Source: Candidatus Latescibacterota bacterium
GTDB taxonomy: Bacteria; Latescibacterota; UBA2968; UBA8231
Direction: 5' to 3'
NCBI GenBank assembly: GCA_964291625.2
Contig: OZ220089.1
Span: 4,640,001-4,704,000, forward strand
DNA length: 64,000 nucleotides
Under the pieces are notes generated by a model, which was not told the origin of the DNA, did no database searches, and saw only the letters and a list, made by a program, of their open reading frames with translations. A program made the position numbers and the translations under genes. Positions 8,285-17,866 of this stretch are shown piece by piece. Positions within the stretch are counted from its first letter, which is position 1; each line of letters starts with the position of its first letter.

Positions 8285-9687
8285 GAATGCCTCTTCGGGA
8301 CCGCGGAGCCCGTGCCGGAGAACCTCTCGGGGCGGGGGTGAAGCGAGTGCACATGGTCGGCATAGGCGGCGCCGGCATGGAGGCCCTGGCACGGCTCCTG
8401 GTCGATCTCGGCTACCGGGTGAGCGGTTCCGACGCGGCCGCTGGCCCCGGGGTCACCGACCTCCAGCAGTCGGGTGTTCCCGTGCGCGTCGGCCACCACG
8501 CATCGCAGGTCGAGGGCGCCGATCTCCTCGTGTACTCCTCGGCCGTGGACGAGGAGAACTGCGAGCGCCGGGCCGCGGCGCGTCTGGGGATCGAGCAGTG
8601 GTCGAGGGCCCGCGCCCTGGGCGCCGTGAGCCGCACCTGCTATACGGTGGCCGTGGCCGGCACTCACGGCAAGACGACGACGGCTTCCCTGATTGTCGGT
8701 GCCCTGCGCTGCGCGGGGCACGAGCCCCGGGTCGCCATCGGCGGCTGGATGGGGGGGCGTCCGCAACCGACGGCCCGGTCCGGAGACCTGCTGGTGGTCG
8801 AGGCGGACGAATATCGCCGCGCCTTCCACGAACTCGAGCCCTGGATCTCGGTGGTCACCAACATCGAGATGGAGCACGTCGACTGCTTTGACGGCCGCGA
8901 CGACCTCGTCGAGGCCTTCGGCGTCTTCCTCTCCCGGTGCCGGCGCGGGGGCGGCGTCGCCGTCAATGGCGACGACGAGCTTTGCCGGGCGGCGGCTGTG
9001 CGGTCGCGGGCGGACGCGTCCCTGACCTTCGGTTTCGGACCCTCCTGCCAGGTGCGCGCCGAAGCCCTGGCGCCGACGGGCACGGGATCGGCCTTCGCCG
9101 TCCACCTGGACGGAGAGCGTCGGCCGGTCGACCTGGGCGTCCCGGGGAGGCATAATGTCAGCAACGCCCTGGCGGCCATCGCCGCGACCCGCCTGATGGG
9201 CCTGGCCTGGGAGCCGGTCTCCTCGGCCCTGCGCCGCTTCACCGGGGTGGATCGGCGCTACCAGTCCCGGGGGGAGGTGGAGGGGGTGGCCATCGTCGAC
9301 GACTACGCGCACCATCCGACGGAGGTCTCGGCCACGGTGGCGACGGCAGCGGCGACCGGGAGAAGGGTGACCGCCGTTTTTCAGCCCCACACCTACTCCC
9401 GTACGCGCCACTTCCACGAGGCGTTTGCCGAGTCCCTGCTCAACGCCCACAGGGTGTGCGTGACCTCCGTCTACGCGGCCCGGGAAAGCCCGGATCTGGG
9501 GGACGAGGGGGATGTCATCGTCGACGATCTGCGGCGCCTGGGACACCATCGGGCGCGCTTCGTGGCCGAGGCCGACCTCGCCCTGTCCCGCTCCCTGGCG
9601 GAGTGCGCCGCCGGTGACCTTCTCCTGGTGATGGGGGCCGGGGACATCGGCGACCACCTCGGGGACCTTCTGGAGGGTACGGCCTGA
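8281..9687 (+). CDS. murC: UDP-N-acetylmuramate--L-alanine ligase MurC (true start may be GTG 8338)
   Basis: GIGGAGM, AGTHGKTTT, EADE, DDYAHHPTE, FQPH, MGAGDI. Confidence 0.96.
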   Translation: MRMPLRDRGARAGEPLGAGVKRVHMVGIGGAGMEALARLLVDLGYRVSGSDAAAGPGVTDLQQSGVPVRVGHHASQVEGADLLVYSSAVDEENCERRAAARLGIEQWSRARALGAVSRTCYTVAVAGTHGKTTTASLIVGALRCAGHEPRVAIGGWMGGRPQPTARSGDLLVVEADEYRRAFHELEPWISVVTNIEMEHVDCFDGRDDLVEAFGVFLSRCRRGGGVAVNGDDELCRAAAVRSRADASLTFGFGPSCQVRAEALAPTGTGSAFAVHLDGERRPVDLGVPGRHNVSNALAAIAATRLMGLAWEPVSSALRRFTGVDRRYQSRGEVEGVAIVDDYAHHPTEVSATVATAAATGRRVTAVFQPHTYSRTRHFHEAFAESLLNAHRVCVTSVYAARESPDLGDEGDVIVDDLRRLGHHRARFVAEADLALSRSLAECAAGDLLLVMGAGDIGDHLGDLLEGTA

Positions 9688-9688
9688 G

Positions 9689-10558
9689 ATGACGCCGCGG
9701 AAGAAGGCCGGGCAGGCCGGAGTGCCCATGGCCTCCCCGGCCGGGGCTCCGGGACACCGGTGGCGGCGGCCTGTGCTGGCGGCGGGCCTGGCGGCGGTGA
9801 CGGCTCTGACTCTCGGCATCCAGGGAGCGCAGTCGACGCCGATGGAGTCTCCCTTCCGCGTCGACATCCTCGAGGTGCGCGGCCTCCGCCTGCTGCACGG
9901 GGACATGATTCTCGCTGCCAGCGGCATCGCGGCGGGGGCGGAACTCTTCGACATCGACCCGGACCGGCTGGCCGAGCGTCTCAGGCGCCTGGTGTGGGTG
10001 CGAGAGGCGCGGGTGGTGCGCAGGCCTCCGGACCGCCTGATCGTCCATCTCGAGGAACGCCGCCGGACCGCCTGGGTCGATTGGCGCGGCGTCCAGTACG
10101 GCCTCGACCCGGAAGGGGTCCTGCTGCCGCCCGAGCGACTGCCCGCGGAGAGCATCGCGGATCTCGATCTGCCGGTGTTGCGGGTACGCTCCCTGGTCGC
10201 CGGGGGGGACACGGTGAGGCCGGGGAAGGTAGTGACCGACAGCACCGCCCTCCGATTGCTGGGGTGGCTGGGTGAGGCCTCGGAGCAGGCTCCCGACCTG
10301 GCCTCGGAGATCTCCCAGCTCACCGACTTCGATGGTCTCAGCCTGGGGATGCGGCTGGTGGCCGACGGGCTCGAGGTCCGGGTCCCTCCAGACCGAGTGG
10401 AGGAGCGGATGGCCGTTCTGCGGGAAGTCCTCAAGCGCGTCTACCGGGAGGTTCCAAACCCCTCCTACGTCGATCTGAGGTTTGCGGGCCAGGCCGTCGT
10501 CGGCTCGCACAAAGAGGCAAGGAACCCAATGGGCGGTGCCCACCACAGGAAGAGATGA
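9689..10558 (+). CDS. ftsQ: cell division protein FtsQ/DivIB
   Basis: Single TM, POTRA-like segment (WVREARVVRRPPDRLIVHLEER), C-terminal YVDLRF. Confidence 0.9.
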   Translation: MTPRKKAGQAGVPMASPAGAPGHRWRRPVLAAGLAAVTALTLGIQGAQSTPMESPFRVDILEVRGLRLLHGDMILAASGIAAGAELFDIDPDRLAERLRRLVWVREARVVRRPPDRLIVHLEERRRTAWVDWRGVQYGLDPEGVLLPPERLPAESIADLDLPVLRVRSLVAGGDTVRPGKVVTDSTALRLLGWLGEASEQAPDLASEISQLTDFDGLSLGMRLVADGLEVRVPPDRVEERMAVLREVLKRVYREVPNPSYVDLRFAGQAVVGSHKEARNPMGGAHHRKR

Positions 10559-10595
10559 CGAGAGCAGAAACCAACAACCGAAGGAGAGCAGGAAC

Positions 10596-11705
10596 ATGAC
10601 TTTCGAGATCATCGACTTCGAGCGCTGCGCGAACATCAAGGTCGTCGGTGTCGGAGGCGCCGGCGGCAACGCCATCAACCGGATGGTGGCCTCGGGTATG
10701 CGCGGCGTGGAATTCGTCGCCGTCAACACGGACAGCCAGGACCTCGAGGCGTCGGCGGCGGATGTCGGCATCTGCATCGGCGAGAGCGTCACTCGAGGCC
10801 TGGGTGCCGGCGCCAAACCAGAGATCGGACGCGCCTCGATCGAAGAGGACCGCGACAGGGTCGCCGAGAGGCTGCAGGACACCGACCTGGTGTTCATCAC
10901 GGCGGGGATGGGAGGGGGTACGGGGACCGGGGCGGCGCCGATAGCCGCCCAGATCGCCAAGGAACTGGGCTCCCTCACCGTGGGAATCGTGACCGAGCCC
11001 TTCCACTTCGAGGGTCTTCCCCGGATGCGCAATGCCCAGGCGGGCATCTCGGAGTTGCAGGAGCACGTGGACACGCTGATCGTGATCAAGAACGAGCGCC
11101 TCCTGTCGATCGTCTCTCGGGACACCACTCTGGAGGAGGCCTTCAACCAGGCCGACGAAGTGCTGTTGCAGGCCACCCGGGGCATCGCCGATCTGATCAC
11201 CATCCCCGGCATGATCAACCTCGACTTCAACGATGTGAGGACGGTGATCACCGAAGGCGGCGACGCGATCATCGCCGTCGGCGCCCACCAGGGGGAGAAC
11301 CGGGCCGTGGAGGCGGCCAAGAAAGCGATCAAGAGCCCCCTCATAGGGGAGATCTCCATCAACGGCGCCCGCGGAGCGCTGATCAACATCACCGCCGGCT
11401 CGAGCCTCACCCTCTTCGAGGCCAACGAAGCGGCGCAGATCATCCAGGAGGCCGCGGGCAGCGAGGCCAACATCATCTTCGGGACGGTGATCGACCCGGC
11501 CATCGAGGACGAGATGCGGGTCACCGTCATCGCCACCGGCTTCCACCTCAACCAGCGGCCCACGCACTTCGATCCCGAGCCGGCCGCACCCCAGGCCCGC
11601 CCGCAGCGCGGCCAGGCCCCTCAGCCGGAGGCGGAGGCGGGGGCGGGGGCTTCCGAGTGGGGCGACCTCGACTACCCGGCCGTCCTGAGGCGTCGAATGG
11701 CCTGA
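10596..11705 (+). CDS. ftsZ: cell division protein FtsZ
   Basis: GVGGAGGNA, GMGGGTGTG tubulin signature, NLDFND, C-terminal DLDYPAVLR; AAGGAG RBS. Confidence 0.99.
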   Translation: MTFEIIDFERCANIKVVGVGGAGGNAINRMVASGMRGVEFVAVNTDSQDLEASAADVGICIGESVTRGLGAGAKPEIGRASIEEDRDRVAERLQDTDLVFITAGMGGGTGTGAAPIAAQIAKELGSLTVGIVTEPFHFEGLPRMRNAQAGISELQEHVDTLIVIKNERLLSIVSRDTTLEEAFNQADEVLLQATRGIADLITIPGMINLDFNDVRTVITEGGDAIIAVGAHQGENRAVEAAKKAIKSPLIGEISINGARGALINITAGSSLTLFEANEAAQIIQEAAGSEANIIFGTVIDPAIEDEMRVTVIATGFHLNQRPTHFDPEPAAPQARPQRGQAPQPEAEAGAGASEWGDLDYPAVLRRRMA

Positions 11706-11722
11706 TTGCATCCCCCGGCGGT

Positions 11723-11751
11723 TTGCGCCGCCGTCTGGCCGGAGCTATTAT
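11723..11751 (+). promoter_or_regulatory. probable sigma70 promoter of purE
   Basis: TTGCGC-17 bp-TATTAT in a lower-GC spacer. Confidence 0.5.
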
Positions 11752-11806
11752 CGGTTTTCGTAACTCCTTGACCAGTGTGAGCTTACCAACCTGGGGCATT
11801 CACGAG

Positions 11807-12259
11807 ATGGATGTGCGCGTCGGCATAATCATGGGAAGCCGCTCCGATGAGCCGGTGATGGCCAAGGCCAGCGTCCTGCTCGAGGAGCTCGGCATCGGCT
11901 CCGAGACCGTGGTCAGTTCAGCCCACCGCAACCCGGAGCGCACCGCCGCCTGGGCGCAAGATGCGGCCGGGCGCGGTCTCAGGGTGCTCATCGCCGGCGC
12001 AGGCATGGCGGCGGCTCTCCCGGGTGTGGTGGCCGCGCACACGACCCTGCCCGTGGTCGGCGTACCCATCGCCTCCGGCGCGCTCAACGGCGTCGATGCC
12101 CTGTACGCCATCGTGCAGATGCCGCCGGGTGTCCCGGTGGCCACGGTGGGAATCGACAATGCCCGCAACGCCGCCCTCCTGGCGGCGCAGATCCTCGCCC
12201 TCGAAGACCGGGCGGTCGCCGACGCCCTGACTCGCTACCGGGAGCAGTGGAACGCGTAG
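11807..12259 (+). CDS. purE: N5-carboxyaminoimidazole ribonucleotide mutase PurE
   Basis: IMGSRSD, SAHR, AGAGMAAALPG, QMPPGVPVATV. Confidence 0.97.
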   Translation: MDVRVGIIMGSRSDEPVMAKASVLLEELGIGSETVVSSAHRNPERTAAWAQDAAGRGLRVLIAGAGMAAALPGVVAAHTTLPVVGVPIASGALNGVDALYAIVQMPPGVPVATVGIDNARNAALLAAQILALEDRAVADALTRYREQWNA

Positions 12260-12321
12260 TGCCGGGGCCGCGCCCAGCCGTCCGCCGAGACCTGCGGATC
12301 CGGCGGCGCGGCCGGTCCGAG

Positions 12322-12345
12322 CAGGAATACCGACAGGAATACCGA
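12322..12345 (+). repeat. 12-bp tandem duplication CAGGAATACCGA x2
   Basis: Exact direct repeat just upstream of the kptA RBS. Confidence 0.85.
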
Positions 12346-12361
12346 AAGGAACGCATGCCCC

Positions 12362-13198
12362 GTGCCTGACCGAAGACGCATCTCCAAGCTCCTCTCCCTC
12401 ATCCTCCGCCATCATCCCGACGAGTTCGGGCTGAACATGGACGAGTACGGATACATGCCTCTCGACGAGGTGGTGGAGGCCGTGCAGCAGCGCTACTCCG
12501 CCGTCGAGGAGGAGGACATCCGCGACCTCATCGATACCTCCCGCCAGCGGCGTTTCGAGATCGTCGACGATCGCATCCGCGCCCTCTACGGCCACACTTT
12601 CTACGTCGAGATGGACGGGGAGCCGATGGATCCTCCCGAGAGCCTGTTCCTGTGCGTCTCGGCGGCCCAGGTGCGGCGCATGAGGGAGGAAGGTATCCGC
12701 TCCGAGGACCGCTCCTACCTGCACCTGTCCCCCACCCGCGAGATCGCCGAGTCGCGCGCCGGAGCGGTGACCGACCCTTGTGTCGTCGAGGTCCATGCCG
12801 AGGCCGCGGCGCGCGAGGCCGAAGTGGAGTTCTGGGACCGCGGAGAGGTCGTGCTGACGCGGCAGACGATCGCCACCGAGTTCGTCGGAGAGGCCATCGA
12901 GATCGAGGCCCCCCCGGCCGTCGACGGGGGACGTGAGTCCCGCGGAGGCCGGCGCGGACGGCGCGGACGCGACGGCCGGGGCAGGGGGGAGCGCTCAGGG
13001 GGCGACTCCGGGCAGGGGCAGCGTCCCCCGCGGGAGCGTCCCCCCGCGGACCGGGCGCCCGTGTCAGGCAGCCCGGCCCCTCGCCGGGAGGCGCCGATGC
13101 TGACGGCCCCGGTACGGGGCAACGGCGAGGCCCCCGGGCGGCAGGAGATCAGCTACGGCCGCCGCCCGAAATTCGAGCAGGGGTCCGGGCGGCGCTGA
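12362..13198 (+). CDS. kptA: RNA 2'-phosphotransferase Tpt1/KptA family with Arg/Gly-rich C-terminal tail
   Basis: SKLLSLILRH, RRFE, IRALYGHT, RSYLHLS motifs. Confidence 0.85.
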   Translation: MPDRRRISKLLSLILRHHPDEFGLNMDEYGYMPLDEVVEAVQQRYSAVEEEDIRDLIDTSRQRRFEIVDDRIRALYGHTFYVEMDGEPMDPPESLFLCVSAAQVRRMREEGIRSEDRSYLHLSPTREIAESRAGAVTDPCVVEVHAEAAAREAEVEFWDRGEVVLTRQTIATEFVGEAIEIEAPPAVDGGRESRGGRRGRRGRDGRGRGERSGGDSGQGQRPPRERPPADRAPVSGSPAPRREAPMLTAPVRGNGEAPGRQEISYGRRPKFEQGSGRR

Positions 13199-13418
13199 GG
13201 CTCGCGGGCAGCCCCGTCCGCCGCCTCCGGCCCTTGGGCCGGACCGTCCCGCCCGGCCCCCGAGGGCCCTTCTGCCAGACAGCCTCCCTCGCCCGGCCGG
13301 GCGACGGTGATTCCGAAGCCCCTTCCGGCCCTCCTGAGGAGGGCCGTCCCGGCGGGTTGCCCCGGGGCGCCCGGTGGTGGAGGTTCACTGCCAAGGACGC
13401 TCGAACCGGGAGGGGACC

Positions 13419-13757
13419 GTGAAGAAGATCGAGGCCTACATCAAGCCCTTCAAGCTGGACGATGTGAAGACGGCGCTGGCCGAGGTCGGCGTGCAGGGGA
13501 TGTCGGTGAGCGAGGTGCGGGGTTTCGGCCGGCAGAGGGGGCACAGCGAAGTCTATCGCGGCGCCGAGTACACGGTCGATTTCATGCCCAAGATCAAAAT
13601 CGAGGTCATCCTCTCTCCGGAGAACCTTCAGGAGGCGGTGGAGGCCATCCTCGAAGGGGCCCGGACCGGACAGGTGGGCGATGGCAAGATCGTGGTCTCC
13701 GATCTACAGGAGGTGATCCGCATCCGCACGGGTGAATCGGGCGAGAACGCGGTGTAG
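13419..13757 (+). CDS. glnB: nitrogen regulatory protein P-II
   Basis: 112 aa; [31 protein letters not shown]. Confidence 0.97.
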   Translation: MKKIEAYIKPFKLDDVKTALAEVGVQGMSVSEVRGFGRQRGHSEVYRGAEYTVDFMPKIKIEVILSPENLQEAVEAILEGARTGQVGDGKIVVSDLQEVIRIRTGESGENAV

Positions 13758-13759
13758 CC

Positions 13760-16700
13760 GTGGGCGACCCCCTCGGCCTGGCGCGCGCCATCCTCCGAGC
13801 CGAGCCGGGGGCCGCGGCGCTGCTCGGCGAGTCGGGATTCAGGGACCCGGCGTCGGCGGCCCGGTCCCTCGAGCGGCTCTGCCGTCCGGCGGCCGAGCCG
13901 CCGATGCCCGCCGGAGTGCTGGCGGCCATCCTAGCCTCCGGGCGGCCCGGCCGGGCCTTGCATGGCATGGAGCGCTTCGTGGAGGCCTCCGGTGCCCGCG
14001 CCGAGCTCTACCGCCGCCTGGACGCGTCCACCCCCCTGCGCGAGGGGCTCGCCCGCATCCTCGCCCACAGCTCCTTCCTCACCGATCTCCTGGTTCGCAG
14101 CCCCGAACATCTCCACTGGCTGTTCGAGGAGACACCCCACTTGACCGGGCCGCTGGCCGCGGCCGAGCTGAGGGCCCGACAACAGCAATCCCTCCGGGGC
14201 CTCGAGGGGTCCGCCTGGGAGGCCGCCCTGCGCCGCTTCCACGGTCGCGAGCTGCTGCGTATCGGCACGGCCGAGATCCTCGGCTGCAAGGACGTCTCCC
14301 AAGTGGGGCGGGAACTCTCGGAGCTCGCCGACGTCACCGTGGAGGCCGTCCTCGATCACCAGGCGCGGTCCCTTCACCGGAGCCACGGCCGCCCTTCGAC
14401 CGAGCGCGGACGCCCGTCCCCTTTCTGCGTCGTCGGCCTGGGCAAATACGGCGGCCTGGAGCTGAACTTCAGTTCCGACATCGATCTGCTGTTCCTGTAC
14501 GAAGAGGACGGCAGGGTGGTGGACTCGAGGGGCGTCCAGGGGATCGCCAACGGCGTGTTCTTCGACCGCCTGGCCGAGGGGCTGATCCAGGTGCTCACCG
14601 AGGTGACGCCTGAAGGCTTCCTCTATCGGGTGGACATGCGGCTGCGGCCCGAGGGGGAGCGCGGCCCCCTGACCCGCTCCCTGCGCAGCTACTGGATCTA
14701 CTACGAGAGCCGCGGCGAGTTGTGGGAGCGGCAGATGCTGATCAAGGCGAGGCGCGCAGCCGGCTCCTCCGGGCTCTGGCGGCGTTTTCGCGACATGCTG
14801 GTTCCCTTCGTCTATCCCGCCCACTTCACGGTCTCCCCGAGCGAGGAGATCCGGCGGATCAAGGAGCGCATCGAGGCCGAGGCGCGGAACCGGCCGGAAG
14901 GAGGGAACAACATCAAGCTCCAGCCCGGGGGGATCCGCGATATCGAGTTCGCGGTGCAGTGCCTGCAGCTTCTCCACGGCCGGCGAAGCGAGCGCACCCG
15001 GGCCGCCGGCACCCTGCCCTCCATCGAGAGGCTGCGGCAGGCGGGGGCTCTCTCGGCCGGGGAGGCCCGGGCCCTCGGCCAGGCCTACCGCTTCCTGCGG
15101 CGCCTGGAGAACCTGCTGCAGATCGACTCCGGCCGACCGACCTACACCGTCCCGGAGGACGGGTCGGAGCCGGCCGAGGCGCTGAGGGACCGGCTGCAAC
15201 TCGGCGGCCGGAGCCTGTCGTCGTCGGTCGCCTCCCACCTGTCGGCGGTGCGGGGGGTGTACGAGTCCGTCTTCGGAAGCGCCCGGGGGCCGGCGTCGGA
15301 CCCCGGCGCCGAGGACCCCCGGTGGCTTCTCGATGCGCCGGCCGGTTCGGAAGGCGTCCGGCGGTCGTTGGAAGCCGCCGGGTTCCGCCAGGTCGAGACC
15401 GCCCACCGGCTCCTTCGGCAGCTGGGGGGGCCCCCGTTGACCTCCTCGGGGCTCGACAACCTGAAGGAGCTGCTGGTCCCGCTCCTGCCCCAGCTGGCGG
15501 CCACACCCGACCCGGACGGGGCTCTCCTCCGGTTCGTCGGCGTCATCGAGGCCTATGGGGCGCCCGGGGCCTTCTACGGAATGGCTCTCGCCCACCCGCG
15601 GTTCCTGGCCATGCTGGTCACGATCTGCGGCCGGAGCGCGCTCCTGGCGGGGCTGCTGCAGCGCGATCCGGGGCTGCTCGACGAGTTGGTCGGGCTCGAC
15701 TTCAGCGGCCGGATGCCGCGCCTCGAACGGGAGACCCGCGTCGATCTCTCGCGGCTGCGGCGGTACCGCAACAACGCCCTCCTGCGGATCGGCACGGACG
15801 ACCTGCTGGGACTCACTCCGAGCGAGGAGACCTTCCTGCGGATCAGCGATCTGGCCGACGAGGTGGTCTCGGCCGTGGTCGACGACGCCCTGACGGCGGT
15901 CGCCCGCCGGCGGGGCCGGCCCCACAGCGGCCGCCGTCTGGACCGGGACGCCCGGTTCGCCTGCTTTGCCGGCGGCAAGGCGGGTGGTCGGGAGCTGGAC
16001 TTCGCCTCGGATCTCGACCTGTTCTTTCTCTACGAGGGGGAGGGGCGAACCGGCCGGGGAGTCGACAACGCCGAGTACTTCGACGCCGTCGTCCGGCAGG
16101 TCATCCAGGTCCTGGGCGAGGGACTCTTCGAGGTCGACGCACGACTTCGGCCCGAGGGCCGGAGAGCGCCGGTGGTCATCAGCCTGCCCGCCTACCGCAA
16201 ATACCTGCGCACCCGTGCCTCCACGTGGGAGCGTCTCGCCCTTTCCCGGGCCCGCCACATCGCCGGGGACCGGGATCTGGGGCGGCGGGTCCTCCGGGCC
16301 GTGGACGCCTTCGTGTACGGCACTCCCCTGACCCCGGGGATGGTCGACGAGATCGCCGGCATACGGCGCCGGATGCAGCCGAAGGCGGCCTCGGGCCGGG
16401 GGCCTGTCCTCGATGTCAAGCGGGGTCCCGGCGGAATTGTGGATGCGGAGTTTATTGCCCAGATTCTGCTGCTCCATCACGGGGCCCGCCAGCGCGACCT
16501 GAGGGACACGAGCACCCCTGTCGTCCTGGAGCGGCTGATCGCCGCCGGGCTCCTCGATGGCCAGGAGGGCGGCGCCCTGCTGGCCGCCTACGAGCGGCTG
16601 CGGCAGCTTCAGAAGGCCCTGCGCCTCGGCGAGGGGCACTCCAGCCATGTCCTGCCGGCCGACCCCGCGGCGGCCGGGATCCTCGCCCGGGCCATGGGCG

Positions 16701-16834
16701 CGGGCAGCGCCGACGCCCTCGCCGAAGAGGTAACCGACCTGATGGGGCAGACCCGGCGGCTCTTCGACCAGATCGTGGACGGAGTGCGAACCGAGTCGGC
16801 CCGCCGGACCGTGGAAAGGCCAGACCCCGCATGA
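13760..16834 (+). CDS. glnE: glutamine synthetase adenylyltransferase/adenylyl-removing enzyme GlnE
   Basis: Two nucleotidyltransferase domains: GKYGGLELNFSSDIDL/VDMRLRPEG and GKAGGRELDFASDLDL/VDARLRPEG; GGIRDIEF. Confidence 0.95.
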   Translation: MGDPLGLARAILRAEPGAAALLGESGFRDPASAARSLERLCRPAAEPPMPAGVLAAILASGRPGRALHGMERFVEASGARAELYRRLDASTPLREGLARILAHSSFLTDLLVRSPEHLHWLFEETPHLTGPLAAAELRARQQQSLRGLEGSAWEAALRRFHGRELLRIGTAEILGCKDVSQVGRELSELADVTVEAVLDHQARSLHRSHGRPSTERGRPSPFCVVGLGKYGGLELNFSSDIDLLFLYEEDGRVVDSRGVQGIANGVFFDRLAEGLIQVLTEVTPEGFLYRVDMRLRPEGERGPLTRSLRSYWIYYESRGELWERQMLIKARRAAGSSGLWRRFRDMLVPFVYPAHFTVSPSEEIRRIKERIEAEARNRPEGGNNIKLQPGGIRDIEFAVQCLQLLHGRRSERTRAAGTLPSIERLRQAGALSAGEARALGQAYRFLRRLENLLQIDSGRPTYTVPEDGSEPAEALRDRLQLGGRSLSSSVASHLSAVRGVYESVFGSARGPASDPGAEDPRWLLDAPAGSEGVRRSLEAAGFRQVETAHRLLRQLGGPPLTSSGLDNLKELLVPLLPQLAATPDPDGALLRFVGVIEAYGAPGAFYGMALAHPRFLAMLVTICGRSALLAGLLQRDPGLLDELVGLDFSGRMPRLERETRVDLSRLRRYRNNALLRIGTDDLLGLTPSEETFLRISDLADEVVSAVVDDALTAVARRRGRPHSGRRLDRDARFACFAGGKAGGRELDFASDLDLFFLYEGEGRTGRGVDNAEYFDAVVRQVIQVLGEGLFEVDARLRPEGRRAPVVISLPAYRKYLRTRASTWERLALSRARHIAGDRDLGRRVLRAVDAFVYGTPLTPGMVDEIAGIRRRMQPKAASGRGPVLDVKRGPGGIVDAEFIAQILLLHHGARQRDLRDTSTPVVLERLIAAGLLDGQEGGALLAAYERLRQLQKALRLGEGHSSHVLPADPAAAGILARAMGAGSADALAEEVTDLMGQTRRLFDQIVDGVRTESARRTVERPDPA

Positions 16835-17808
16835 CCCAGAGCCAACCCTCCAGCGCCGTCCATCGGCTGCTGCCTCCGGCGGCGGCGGCGGCCCGTATCC
16901 TCATGGGCCTGCTCTTCGTCGTGGCCGGGGCCGCCAAGTCCCTGGACCCCGTCGTGTTCTACTGGGAGGCGGTCTCCTACCTCGAGCTCGTCGACATCGG
17001 CAGGGAGGCATGGCCCCGGATCGGAACGATCGCCCTGGTCCTGGCTCCTCTCGAGGTTCTGGTGGGCGTCGCCCTCCTCATCGGCTGGCGCCCCCGCTTC
17101 ACCCTGCCCGCGGCCACTGGCCTGATGGTGTTGTTCCTGGCGGTCACCGGCCTGGCCTGGTACCAGCAGGCCAACATCGACTGCGGCTGTTTCGGCACTC
17201 TGATCAAGCGCACCCCGGGCGAGGCCTTCATCGAGGACGCCGTCATGCTGGGCCTGCTGCTGGCGGCCTGGCGCTGGGGGACGGAGCGCTGGTCGGCCGC
17301 CGCGTGGAGAGGTTCCACGTCCCTGGTCCTCGGGGCGGGGGCCTTGGTGGGGGCCGTGGTGTTGCTCAAGTTCGCCCCCGAGTCCGACCGGGTGGCCAGC
17401 TCCGACCTCAAGCCCGGCGTGAGGCTCACCGGGATCGAGCTCACCGGCGCCGAGGGGATCGACCTGAGTGAGGGGCGCTACCTGGTGGAGCTGTTCAGCC
17501 CTCGGTGCGGCCGATGCAAGAGTGCCGTGCCCAAGCTCAACCACTGGGCCGACACCCCCGGGGTGCCCACGATCGTAGCCCTGAACGAGTACCCCCCGGA
17601 GGACGACTCACTGAAGGACTTCATCCGCCAGACGCGTCCGCGGTTCGAGGTCGCCTCCATCTCCAGCTCCGACTGGATGCGCCTCACCTGGCGCCACGGC
17701 TGGCCGCGTCTGGCCTACGTCGAGGATGGCGTCATCCAGCGTGTCTGGGAGTACGACCAGATGCCGTCGGCAGCCCAGTTGGCCCGCCTGGGCGGGGGTG
17801 GAGAATGA
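16831..17808 (+). CDS. MauE/DoxX-family membrane protein fused to a thioredoxin-like domain
   Basis: TM helices with AGAAK and DCGCFG motif; C-terminal FSPRCGRC (CxxC) and WPRL. Confidence 0.75.
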   Translation: MTQSQPSSAVHRLLPPAAAAARILMGLLFVVAGAAKSLDPVVFYWEAVSYLELVDIGREAWPRIGTIALVLAPLEVLVGVALLIGWRPRFTLPAATGLMVLFLAVTGLAWYQQANIDCGCFGTLIKRTPGEAFIEDAVMLGLLLAAWRWGTERWSAAAWRGSTSLVLGAGALVGAVVLLKFAPESDRVASSDLKPGVRLTGIELTGAEGIDLSEGRYLVELFSPRCGRCKSAVPKLNHWADTPGVPTIVALNEYPPEDDSLKDFIRQTRPRFEVASISSSDWMRLTWRHGWPRLAYVEDGVIQRVWEYDQMPSAAQLARLGGGGE

Positions 17809-17866
17809 GCCGGCCTGAATGGCGCGAGTTCCGAGTGACCTTGGACGGACGACCGGGAGAGCTGAG

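Noticed and set aside
16431-16470. Short low-GC codon patch in glnE
   Set aside because: Only a weak short hairpin and no clear promoter; too little support
13931-16648. Very long antisense or alternate-frame ORFs (e.g. 13931-16648, 26854-30198, 31796-34858, 34870-37182, 37121-39880)
   Set aside because: Shadow ORFs expected at this GC content opposite well-supported genes; Arg/Pro/Gly-rich or mirror composition, no motifs
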